Positions 1 to 8,854 of a stretch of 64,000 nt of DNA are shown here, piece by piece (the first letter of the stretch is position 1; each line of letters begins with the position of its first letter). The DNA is from an uncultured Pseudomonadota bacterium (GTDB lineage: Bacteria; Pseudomonadota; Alphaproteobacteria; RF32; CAG-239): contig CAMRWU010000009.1 of the NCBI GenBank assembly GCA_947054505.1, positions 2,449 to 66,448 of the forward strand, read 5' to 3'. The notes under the pieces are model-generated. The model did not search any database. It was not told the DNA's origin and saw nothing but the letters and a program-made list of their open reading frames with translations. The translations under genes and the position numbers were made by a program.

Positions 1-1225
1 TTGTTTTTGAATAAAGCGATCCGTCTATTTCCAGAGTTTTAAATCTGATATTTATATTGTTTATTGATGACAGTCGACTTGATTTTATGCGGATTTTATC
101 AAAATATATATTTTCCAAAGAGGGACCAATATCTAAAATATCATGATGTTTACCACTCATATCGGTAATAATACCAATATTATTTTTCTCAGAATTGGGA
201 ATCTGCTCGGAGTTTATAATTTTTGAAAAGTCATCAACCTGCATTAATGACATCAGAAAACGCCGAGTATCTTGAACATAGTTCCAATCAACAATACTGT
301 CTCGATAACCTTTAATTTGTTTTATTTTGCCATCAGCAAATTCAATGGTTGCGTGCGGTACAAATTCTGTCGCATCATCGCCATAATCGCGAATAGAATA
401 AATTTGTGTTGCACCATTTTCAACATTGGAAGCATAAGTTGCCACGCAATGATGCATTTGACTTCCTTCGTAGTCCAAAGCTTCCTTTGTAAGGAGGCGA
501 ACCGCTTGAACTTGATGTTCCGGATAGATTTCAATAACCTCCAACCCCTGATGACTGTTGAGAATACTTTCTAGATTTTTTTTATTTTTATCATTGATTT
601 TTTCAAAATAGGCGTCTGCGGCTTCCAGCAATGCATCAAAATCGCCGGCTTTTTGATGTAATCCGATAAAATAGCGACTGCCGTTGACACGGGTAGGATA
701 TCTTTCAATATAAGAGGCAACATAGTCTTTGATATGTTGTGCTTGTTGGTATAATACGGAATTAAGAAAGTTGTCGATATTGAGGGATACTGTTCCGTCT
801 TTATTCAAAATCGCCGCAGCCGGAGATGATTGCACAAAAGCCGGAAGTAAATATTTTTTCATCAAACTTTGTGTGCAGGCAAAGGTTTGGGCATCCGTAG
901 ACAGTTCTGAAAATGGCGTGAGATTCTTTTGTTCTTTATAGGTTTTCAAAAGAGCCTTTTTGGCGGCAAGAAGCTGGTTGAGAAGAAGACCGCTTTTCTT
1001 TTTATCATCATCTTCTTGTGCTTGACGAATTTGCTCTTTGTATTTTTCTATATCTGTTTTTAGTTGTTTAAGCTGGGCGGAGATAAGAGCTATTTTTTCT
1101 TTGCGCCGTTGCTTGGAAACGATCATTTCATTATTATAGGTATCAATATCGCAAATGGATGTTTGCGAAAACAAAGTGTTTATCGCATCTAAAAAAGCGG
1201 GATAATTTATTATTTCTCGTTTCAT
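1..1225 (-). CDS. PcfJ-like domain protein with N-terminal coiled coil (partial, runs off left edge; missing from supplied ORF track)
   Basis: Manual translation from ATG 1225 (AAGGA SD upstream) stays open to the window edge. It contains LLTKEALDYEGSQMHHCVATY...IYSIRD...PHATIEF...IKQIKGY, the EG-x2-M-x-HCV / IYS(L/I)R / ATIE / QIKG pattern of PcfJ-like domains. Confidence 0.75.
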   Translation of the reverse strand, partial: MKREIINYPAFLDAINTLFSQTSICDIDTYNNEMIVSKQRRKEKIALISAQLKQLKTDIEKYKEQIRQAQEDDDKKKSGLLLNQLLAAKKALLKTYKEQKNLTPFSELSTDAQTFACTQSLMKKYLLPAFVQSSPAAAILNKDGTVSLNIDNFLNSVLYQQAQHIKDYVASYIERYPTRVNGSRYFIGLHQKAGDFDALLEAADAYFEKINDKNKKNLESILNSHQGLEVIEIYPEHQVQAVRLLTKEALDYEGSQMHHCVATYASNVENGATQIYSIRDYGDDATEFVPHATIEFADGKIKQIKGYRDSIVDWNYVQDTRRFLMSLMQVDDFSKIINSEQIPNSEKNNIGIITDMSGKHHDILDIGPSLENIYFDKIRIKSSRLSSINNINIRFKTLEIDGSLYSKT

Positions 1226-1309
1226 ATTTTTCCTTTGCGCGTCAGAAATATAACAGATTTCAAAAACAAATCAACAAAAAATGACAAAAATATATTTTTC
1301 GGAAAAAGC

Positions 1310-1336
1310 TTGCCTTTAGATTTTTTATGGTATAAC
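1310..1336 (+). promoter_or_regulatory. Putative sigma70 promoter for 1377 ORF
   Basis: TTGCCT ... TGgTATAAC (extended -10) about 40 nt upstream of the ATG; the -35 spacer is short (15 nt). Confidence 0.4.
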
Positions 1337-1376
1337 GTGTTTTCAAATGCTTTTATAATTTTTAAATTTTTGTGTT

Positions 1377-1925
1377 ATGAAAAAAACAAAAAGTTTTTTC
1401 AAGTTTGACATCACGCAAACAACAAGCGTGTTGCTCTACAAAATCGAACAAGGAGACGGCCGCCGCTGGATTCTGGGTTCTGGAGAAAGCGACAATGTTC
1501 TCTTCCTCCATGAGATTAAGCGCCCTAAAGAAAACTTCGTCCACATCGAAATCGGAACCGGTTTTCTGAAGTTTACGACAGTTCATGGTTTTACCTATGT
1601 CGTGGAGGACAAAGAAGGTGATGGAGCCGAAGTAAGGTTTCATGGACCGGTTAACGCCCTGCTGACCCAAAGCTTATTACCGCGAATGACCTACGTTCCT
1701 GAAACGCTGGTCGGGATGAGCGGCGATATGGAAGACTTCGTTCCCATCGGCGAGTTCATGGAGCTTCGTGAAAAACGCCACAACGGTGAGGTCAACCCGC
1801 AAGACAAATTCGGTTGGCGCGTCAACATGAAGTTCAATAACGAGCTGGTTCCGTGGTTGCCGCCATTTAACGGAGCGATGCGCGAAAAACCGAAAAAGAA
1901 AGTTGGAAAGTTCTCGCGCAAGTAA
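1377..1925 (+). CDS. Hypothetical protein (182 aa)
   Basis: Long ORF with upstream promoter-like signal and downstream terminator; no recognised motif. Confidence 0.65.
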   Translation: MKKTKSFFKFDITQTTSVLLYKIEQGDGRRWILGSGESDNVLFLHEIKRPKENFVHIEIGTGFLKFTTVHGFTYVVEDKEGDGAEVRFHGPVNALLTQSLLPRMTYVPETLVGMSGDMEDFVPIGEFMELREKRHNGEVNPQDKFGWRVNMKFNNELVPWLPPFNGAMREKPKKKVGKFSRK

Positions 1926-1941
1926 AGTTCTCTTTTTGTTT

Positions 1942-1970
1942 AAAAGCCCGCATTACCGCGGGCTTTTTTT
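1942..1970. terminator. Bidirectional intrinsic terminator
   Basis: AAAAGCCCGC-ATTACC-GCGGGCTTTTTTT between convergent genes. Confidence 0.85.
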
Positions 1971-4060
1971 TATAGTTTTGCATTTTTGTGTAATGCCAGA
2001 AAATCGAGCATGGCTTGCAGTTTGTTATATTCATTTACTGAGATTTTATCAGCAAATCTTTCGGCTTGACCTAAGGCAAAGATGCGTGGTTGTTGCAACA
2101 TAATTTCCCGTCCCTGCAAATGGGTTTGTTCTGTTTCGGAAAATTCTTTTTTCAGAGCGAGAGCATCGGCAATCGGTTCGGCAAGAGCCGCATTTCTTTG
2201 CGAATAAACCGACATAAACCGACGGATGATAATAACACTCAGAAAGATAAACAAAACGCCTGCCGGATGAATAAACGCCGACATGATTAAGAATGCCGGA
2301 ACAATGAGCAAGACCGCGCCCAATTTCGTAAAGATAGCCAGCCATTTGAGGGTTGTTTTTTTACAAAACAAAGATGTGGCAAGGAACAAAACAATCGTCA
2401 TGACAGACAGAAAAGCAAATGTTCTGAAAACATTTGTTTGCAGAGCGGCAATATAGGCTTCTGCAATCAAAAGCATCCCTAGACTGAAGAACAAATAGCC
2501 GCTGTTCATTTTGAGCATGTAGAGAGCCAAACTGCGTCTTAAATCTTTTTTGATAAAAGAAGCCGCTCGCTTGATTTTCAAAAAGTTAGCTTTTCCGGCA
2601 TTAAAAATTGTGTCATCTTTTACAAAAAGCTGTTTCAAAGCGAGGCGTTCGTGTTTTTCAAGAGCATTCAGCCGATCGGTTTTTTTGATTAATAAGACGC
2701 GCCCGTCAGCATTTTGAATATCGATAATATTTTTTCTGTACAGTTCCAACAAAAAACTACCGAACGACGTCAGGTCAAAACAGTTGAAAGCCAGATAGCG
2801 CAACAAGGGAGCATTTTTCTTGAGCTTGATATTTAACTGTCCTTTATTTTTGCGAATATATTTCCAAGATATTTTGAACGACACGGCAATAACCAGCAAA
2901 GCCAAAAGGCTGATAAGAACATCTCCGTGCCGATCAAAGAAGAGCAAAAACTTGTCCGAAAAATCGGGTTGAATGAGTTTGTCTGCCGGCAAAGATAAGA
3001 CGATGTGCAGGCCGTTCCCCGGAAAAACAGGCAAAAGAGAAATAATGCCGATGCGGTTTGCTCCGATTTTATAAATCTGCGTTAAGTCTTTGCGGAAATA
3101 ACTGGGGCGTCCGCTGAAAATTTCCAGTCCGATATTTGAAATTGCCGGGGGAAGAGTAATCGTTGCCGCCACGCGAGAAATAACCAGATTCCATGAAGAA
3201 CCGGTCACATCCCAATACAAGTTTTTGATATCTTCAGACGAAGTAAGGATATGGTGAGCCAGATAATGAAAAGTATAAGTGTAAACGCCGCTTTCCAAAA
3301 TCTGCCCAGCTTTGGGAACCATATAAAAAGCATTCTCACCTTCGGTTATTTTGTACGGAAACTCTTGTCCGTTTATTTGCACATCAATAATGCTGTAATC
3401 TATCTTGGTTCGGGAATTATCCATGGCAAAGGCATATTTGGGCAACGGCTTGGTCAATCCGCCTTTAAGTTTATTGCCGTCGGCGACCACAACAACTGTT
3501 TCTTCGATTTTTAAGGTGCCGTCCGGCAAAACTTCCAAATCGCTCCTCAGGTAGGGAATATGCTCCAATGCCGGAGCCGTAACTTTAATATCGTTTACTG
3601 GCAAAGTGACGTTAATCATCGGAATGTTGGGGGAGTTTAATTCCTGCATCATTGTTGACGGAAGGTCGGATGGATTGGCATTTTCTTGCTGAATTTGAAT
3701 ATCATTCCGTTGATTTTGAGCCTGTTCCTTATTGCGGATACGTTGCATCGCCTGATCATAAATTTTTTCAAATTCGCTTTTTTTCTGCTGTTTCATCAAG
3801 GCATTTGTTCGTTCGCTGGGAACGGCATGAAAGGCGTTGGTATTGATCTTGTCGGCATCTTCAATAACGGTTTGGGTGATGCGATTCTGCAAAAAATCTT
3901 CAAATTCATCAATCGTCACATTATGGAGTTGCGGCGTGTGGTTTTGTTTCATGTTTTGAGCTTGCGGAACCGCATTAACGTCAAAAACCTGTTTGATTTT
4001 TGCTTGAGTGAGTGAGGGAATGAGACAACTGAAACATATTGCAAGAAAAAGTTTCTTCAT
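1970..4060 (-). CDS. DUF2207 family membrane protein
   Basis: Signal peptide; DGTLKIEETV...YTYTFHY...LYWDVTGSSWNLVISRVAATITLP pattern typical of DUF2207; several C-terminal TM helices. Confidence 0.75.
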   Translation of the reverse strand: MKKLFLAICFSCLIPSLTQAKIKQVFDVNAVPQAQNMKQNHTPQLHNVTIDEFEDFLQNRITQTVIEDADKINTNAFHAVPSERTNALMKQQKKSEFEKIYDQAMQRIRNKEQAQNQRNDIQIQQENANPSDLPSTMMQELNSPNIPMINVTLPVNDIKVTAPALEHIPYLRSDLEVLPDGTLKIEETVVVVADGNKLKGGLTKPLPKYAFAMDNSRTKIDYSIIDVQINGQEFPYKITEGENAFYMVPKAGQILESGVYTYTFHYLAHHILTSSEDIKNLYWDVTGSSWNLVISRVAATITLPPAISNIGLEIFSGRPSYFRKDLTQIYKIGANRIGIISLLPVFPGNGLHIVLSLPADKLIQPDFSDKFLLFFDRHGDVLISLLALLVIAVSFKISWKYIRKNKGQLNIKLKKNAPLLRYLAFNCFDLTSFGSFLLELYRKNIIDIQNADGRVLLIKKTDRLNALEKHERLALKQLFVKDDTIFNAGKANFLKIKRAASFIKKDLRRSLALYMLKMNSGYLFFSLGMLLIAEAYIAALQTNVFRTFAFLSVMTIVLFLATSLFCKKTTLKWLAIFTKLGAVLLIVPAFLIMSAFIHPAGVLFIFLSVIIIRRFMSVYSQRNAALAEPIADALALKKEFSETEQTHLQGREIMLQQPRIFALGQAERFADKISVNEYNKLQAMLDFLALHKNAKL

Positions 4061-4143
4061 AAAAAAACATCCGCTGTTAACAATTAAAACATAATTGGTA
4101 TTATAACTTAAAGATATTAAAAAGTTATAAAGGAGACTGAGAG

Positions 4144-4884
4144 ATGCAAAACAATATAGCCGCTATCGTTTTAGGCGCGGGAAAAGGAACTCGTATGAAG
4201 TCCGATTTGCCCAAGGTTATGATGCCTGTTGATGGCAAACCGATGATCCGCCATATCCTGAATATGTTGCAGGAAGCCGGCGTGGAAAAAGTTGTGACCG
4301 TGATTGCGCCGGATGGTGATTTGGTAAAAAAAGAAGTGGCACCGTCTCCGACATGTGTTCAAGAAAAACAATTGGGAACAGGGCATGCCGTTTTGTCGGC
4401 CCGTTCGGAGTTGATTGGTTTTAAAGGCGATGTCTTGGTTATTTTTGGTGATCAGCCGTTGTATACTCCGGAAACCGTTCGCCGTCTGGTTCAAAAACGT
4501 CGCGAAGGATATGCTGTTGTTTGCTTGGGCTTTCGTCCTGCAGATGCGGCTCGCTACGGTCGCTTGGTGATGGATGGCAACAATCTGAAACGTATTGTTG
4601 AATATAAAGATGCTTCCGAAGAAGAGCTGGCAATTAATTTTTGCAATTCCGGTATGATGTGTTTTGATGGCGAAACAATGTTTGATATTTTGGATACCAT
4701 TAGTAATGAAAATGCCGCCGGAGAGTATTATTTAACAGATGCGGTGGAAGTGGCTTTGCAAAAGGGGCTGAAATGTAGTGCGGTAGAGTGTCCCGTGGAA
4801 GAAGCTTCTGCGGCCAACACGCGTGAAGAACTGGCTTTGTTGGAAGAGTTGCTGAAAAAAAGAAAAGCGGAAAAAGGAAAATAA
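4144..4884 (+). CDS. glmU: GlmU-like N-acetylglucosamine-1-phosphate uridyltransferase (N-terminal domain only)
   Basis: LGAGKGTRMKSDLPKV, QLGTGHAV, GDQP, YGRL, IVEYKDA, NAAGEYYLTD motifs; ends at 246 aa with no hexapeptide-repeat domain. Confidence 0.85.
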   Translation: MQNNIAAIVLGAGKGTRMKSDLPKVMMPVDGKPMIRHILNMLQEAGVEKVVTVIAPDGDLVKKEVAPSPTCVQEKQLGTGHAVLSARSELIGFKGDVLVIFGDQPLYTPETVRRLVQKRREGYAVVCLGFRPADAARYGRLVMDGNNLKRIVEYKDASEEELAINFCNSGMMCFDGETMFDILDTISNENAAGEYYLTDAVEVALQKGLKCSAVECPVEEASAANTREELALLEELLKKRKAEKGK

Positions 4885-5345
4885 TGCAGTTTATTAAAAA
4901 ATATTGGTTCGGACTGATAACCGGCACAATGATTTTTATCTTTCTCGGGATGTTTATTCTCGTGTTGTTGTCTCCTCGTCAGGATGTGCAAAAACGAGGC
5001 TTTATTCCCTGTACTGACGCAATGGCGGCACAATTATCCGGCTGTCGTGATAATGGGGGTATCGGCTGTATGTTGGGAGGGATTGTCCAAAATAGCTGGT
5101 GCGAGATGAAAGTCATTGGCAAAGGTATAAAGTTATGGATTTCTGGGCAACAAACAGCGCCGTGGAGCAATTATATCTTTATTCCGGAGGTTGTTTCCGC
5201 AGATGAGGATTTTGACGAGGAAGCTCGGCAGGAACATCTCAGAAATAATCCGCCTTTTAGCGAAGAAATGCAAGAATTGAAAATATTAAATGAGGAATTG
5301 GAAAATGAACAACAAGAAATCTCCGCAGACGAACAACCTCAATAA
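4884..5345 (+). CDS. Hypothetical membrane-anchored protein with 4 Cys
   Basis: TAATG coupling to glmU; N-terminal TM helix; acidic tail. Confidence 0.7.
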   Translation: MQFIKKYWFGLITGTMIFIFLGMFILVLLSPRQDVQKRGFIPCTDAMAAQLSGCRDNGGIGCMLGGIVQNSWCEMKVIGKGIKLWISGQQTAPWSNYIFIPEVVSADEDFDEEARQEHLRNNPPFSEEMQELKILNEELENEQQEISADEQPQ

Positions 5346-7122
5346 TCTTCCGGCTTGGGATTTGAGCGATTTATATAATGGCAGTGACGATCCTCAGGTT
5401 CAAAAAGATTTGGATAAATATAAACGTCTGAATAAAAAACTGGCGTCAGCTTACAAAGGTAAAATTAAGGATATTTCACCCTCAGAGTTTTACAAGGCTT
5501 TGAATGTGGTTGAAGAAACATCCGTTTTGGGAAATAAGCTCGGTGTTTTTGCCTATCTGAATATGGTCACAAGGATGAAAGATACCAAGGCTGTCGCTTT
5601 TTATCAGCAGGTTGAAGAAAAAATGACGGACTATTCCAAGCCAGCCATCTTCTTCACTTTGGAGATCAATCAGTTGTCGGCCGAAAAATTCAAAGAATTG
5701 CTCTCCGACAAACAAGTTGCAAAATATAAACCTTTCTTGGAAAGAGTTCGCCGTTTTAAGGATTATGAGCTGTCAGAATCTGTTGAAGAAATCTTTCATG
5801 ACAAATCGGTCACTTCAGGTGGTGCATGGGTTCGTTTGTATGACGAACATTCTGCGGCATTAACTTATACGGTCGACGGCAAAGAATACAATGATGCCGA
5901 AATTTCCAAATTATTGCAGGATAAAGATCCGACTGTTCGTGAAAAAGCTGGAAAAGAACTTAATCGTGTCAGCAAAGAAAACGCCAAGCTGTTTACGTTT
6001 ATTTATAATATGATTATCAAAGATAAAGCCATCAGCGACAATCATCGTGGCTATAAAGCACCGGTTTCAGCCCGCAATCAGGATAATCAGGTTGATGAAA
6101 AAGCGCTTAATGCGTTGACCGATGCGGTTCGTGGTCAGTATAAAAATATTGCAGAACGTTTTTATAAGTTAAAAGCCAAGTGGTTGGGCGTAAAAAAAAT
6201 CCAATATTGGGATCGAAATGCTCCGTTACCGTTTTGCGAGGACAAGTTATACAGCTGGGATGAAAGCGTGCAAATTGTTTTGGAGGCTTATCAGCGTTTC
6301 TCTCCCAAACTAAAAAAATTGGCAGAACCGTTTTTCAATCCGGAGCACTCGTGGGTTGATGTTCCTCCTCGCGATGGCAAGAGAAGCGGAGCCTTTGCAA
6401 TGCCGATGCCGAAAAATTTTCATCCGTATTTGATGCTGAATTTTATTGGTAAGCAAAATGATGTCTTGACCTTGGCGCACGAACTCGGGCACGGTTGCCA
6501 TATGCGTCTGAGTATTGAACAAGGTGAGCTAAACGATGACACTCCGTTGACTTTGGCAGAGGTTGCCTCAGTCTTTGGTGAGATGATAACCTTCCAATCG
6601 TTATTGGCAAATTTGGATGATGATAAGGCTAAATTGTGCCTTATTGCTTCTAAGGTTAATGATATGATTAACACCGCCATTCGTCAAATCGCGTTCCATT
6701 TCTTTGAAACCAGATGCCACGAAGAACGCAAAAACGGTGAGTTGTCCGCCGAGCGTTTTGAAGAAATTTGGGTGGAAGAAATGCGTGAGAGTTTAGGAAA
6801 ATATGTAACGGTTGACGATGACAGTCGTTCTATTTGGCCGATTGTCAGCCATTTCTTCCATAGTCCGTTCTATGTTTATGCTTACTCCTTTGCTGATTGC
6901 TTGGTCAATTCTTTGTATCAGGTCTATCAAGAAGGCAATGTTAAAGACTTTGAAGACAAATATTTGCATATGCTGTCCAGAACGGGCGTTGAGCGCTATG
7001 ATCGTTTGTTAAAACCGTTTGGTTTGGATGCTAAAAATCCGGAGTTCTGGAATAAGGGATTAAGTCTTATTTCTCATTATATCGATGAGCTGGAACGCTT
7101 GGATAAAAAATTGAAGCTGTAA
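5305..7122 (+). CDS. pepF: M3B oligoendopeptidase F
   Basis: WDLSDLY N-terminus, GKRSGAF, TLAHELGH (HExxH), LAEVASVFGE, HFFHSPFYVYAYSF; start moved to ATG 5305 after a GAGG SD. Confidence 0.92.
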   Translation: MNNKKSPQTNNLNNLPAWDLSDLYNGSDDPQVQKDLDKYKRLNKKLASAYKGKIKDISPSEFYKALNVVEETSVLGNKLGVFAYLNMVTRMKDTKAVAFYQQVEEKMTDYSKPAIFFTLEINQLSAEKFKELLSDKQVAKYKPFLERVRRFKDYELSESVEEIFHDKSVTSGGAWVRLYDEHSAALTYTVDGKEYNDAEISKLLQDKDPTVREKAGKELNRVSKENAKLFTFIYNMIIKDKAISDNHRGYKAPVSARNQDNQVDEKALNALTDAVRGQYKNIAERFYKLKAKWLGVKKIQYWDRNAPLPFCEDKLYSWDESVQIVLEAYQRFSPKLKKLAEPFFNPEHSWVDVPPRDGKRSGAFAMPMPKNFHPYLMLNFIGKQNDVLTLAHELGHGCHMRLSIEQGELNDDTPLTLAEVASVFGEMITFQSLLANLDDDKAKLCLIASKVNDMINTAIRQIAFHFFETRCHEERKNGELSAERFEEIWVEEMRESLGKYVTVDDDSRSIWPIVSHFFHSPFYVYAYSFADCLVNSLYQVYQEGNVKDFEDKYLHMLSRTGVERYDRLLKPFGLDAKNPEFWNKGLSLISHYIDELERLDKKLKL

Positions 7123-7124
7123 GT

Positions 7125-7156
7125 AAAATTCCCCGTGTAAAAGCGGGGAATTTTTT
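7125..7156. terminator. Bidirectional intrinsic terminator
   Basis: AAAATTCCCCG...CGGGGAATTTTTT between convergent pepF and virB8-like gene. Confidence 0.85.
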
Positions 7157-7931
7157 ATTTTAAGTTTCTTGTTGTTGCTTCTTTGGCTGCTTCCATATAA
7201 CCGGCGGATTGTTCTAGTGTTCCGATATAAGCCAGAGAATAGCGTGTTACTTTAAAGCCAAACGGATTATTTTGCCAATAATCAGTGTTATCATCGGCAA
7301 TGTTTTCGTATTTGATGCGCAGATATGCTCTCCAGATTAAAACATATGGTTCTTCTTGTTGGGGAACGGTAATGAGCGTGCGGAATTGTGTTTCCCACAA
7401 TGACTTTGTTAACGGGCGTATCCAATCAATTTCGACTTTGCGTTTCATCCCTTTGATAATAAAGTCGTTAATCTGAGTAAAGGTTGCTTTTTTCTGGAAA
7501 TCACCAAAAACCGTGAACGATGACAGCCAATATAATTTGGATCTCTCGCTCCATATATAATAGAGTTCAGCCGGTGATTCCGGAATTTCATGACGCAGTT
7601 TCAAAAATTGTTCAATATGTTGTTCGGTGATAAGGTCTTGCATGTCAGCCGACTGCTCAATCGGCGGAATTCTTTCCAGATTGTAGGTGTCAAAATTTGT
7701 ACGATAAAGGCGGGGCGTGGCACCTCTTTGCGGAAGCAATAAAAAAACGGTGGTTGCCAGTGCCATGTTTAAACAGATGCTGATCGCCGAGAGAATGACC
7801 AAAATTCTGGACGTCCACAGATAGCGGCGTTCCGGCATGGCGGGAATATCGACAGCCTCGGGAAACAGCCCCAGCTTGTCAGGGCTTTTCTTTTCCCGAT
7901 AACGAAAGAGTGTGTCGAATATTCCGGACAT
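7155..7931 (-). CDS. virB8: VirB8/TrbF family protein (paralog 2)
   Basis: Single TM followed by LLP; periplasmic domain with FLKLRHEI...LYWLSSFTVF...NPFGFKVTRY, matching the VirB8 C-terminal NPxGFxVxxY signature. Confidence 0.75.
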   Translation of the reverse strand: MSGIFDTLFRYREKKSPDKLGLFPEAVDIPAMPERRYLWTSRILVILSAISICLNMALATTVFLLLPQRGATPRLYRTNFDTYNLERIPPIEQSADMQDLITEQHIEQFLKLRHEIPESPAELYYIWSERSKLYWLSSFTVFGDFQKKATFTQINDFIIKGMKRKVEIDWIRPLTKSLWETQFRTLITVPQQEEPYVLIWRAYLRIKYENIADDNTDYWQNNPFGFKVTRYSLAYIGTLEQSAGYMEAAKEATTRNLK

Positions 7932-7945
7932 CCCGTATCCTTTGC

Positions 7946-8725
7946 CTAATAAGCATAGTTCTGATTGCGGACATCACGGGCGGTGTTCAGATAACTTTCC
8001 GGTTCATCCGGTGTGCCGACATAAGAAAGAGAGTAGTTCAAAACCATAAAACCGAAAGGATTCATCTCACGCTGTCTTTTGTTGGCAAAGTTGATGGTTG
8101 TAAAAGCAATTCTCAGATATGCGCGCCAGATGTTGATAATCGGCATACTCTCTCCCGGATAATAATCCATTGTGATAAATTGTGCATGCCAAAGCCCTCT
8201 GGTCATTGGACGTACCCATTCAATATCCACCAGTCGAACCATTCCGCTCATGCGAAACTGTGTAATGTTGTTTTGCACGTCGTTAGTCGCAAAGTTTGAA
8301 AAGACGGAACGTCCGGACAGCCAGTATAATTTAGCTCCTGGAGACCATCTGGCCATCAGTTCATCATAATCATTACTGATAACATGGCGCAGGTTGATGT
8401 ATTCTTTAATATATTCCTCGGCAATCAAATCCATAACCGAGATTCCTCTTTCCGCAACATCCGCCAGCTCAAGTTGGCTGAAGTAGTTATTTGTTCTCAA
8501 CAGAAGGGGATAGGCTTGGCGTTGCGGCAACAGAACATAAATCGCACTCGCCAGCATCATGCTTAAACTGATACTGATACAGGAAAAAATAACTAAAAAG
8601 CGCGATGTCCACAAATAACGGCGCTCCGGCATGGCGTTGGTGTGAACCTTTTCTGGATAAAGCCCCAGTTTGTCAGGGGTTGCCTTTTCTTTATACTTAA
8701 AAATAGTTTGAAAAATATCGAACAT
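7946..8725 (-). CDS. virB8: VirB8/TrbF family protein (paralog 1)
   Basis: Same architecture; YIKEYINLRH, NPFGFMVLNY; shares PDKLGLxPE...AMPERRYLWTSR with its neighbour. Confidence 0.78.
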   Translation of the reverse strand: MFDIFQTIFKYKEKATPDKLGLYPEKVHTNAMPERRYLWTSRFLVIFSCISISLSMMLASAIYVLLPQRQAYPLLLRTNNYFSQLELADVAERGISVMDLIAEEYIKEYINLRHVISNDYDELMARWSPGAKLYWLSGRSVFSNFATNDVQNNITQFRMSGMVRLVDIEWVRPMTRGLWHAQFITMDYYPGESMPIINIWRAYLRIAFTTINFANKRQREMNPFGFMVLNYSLSYVGTPDEPESYLNTARDVRNQNYAY

Positions 8726-8854
8726 TGCGCCTCGTTTCCTGTCTTTCTAAACTTATTTTATACATAAAAGTTGAATAAAAGCAAATAAATACTGTTAATA
8801 TACAAAATATTGCTATAACTTGAAAACAGAATACGTGTTCTTAAGGATATAGCT

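Noticed and set aside
272-941. Short ORFs 272-574, 322-534 and 729-941 in the supplied track
   Set aside because: They are shadows of the long minus-strand PcfJ-like frame (1-1225).
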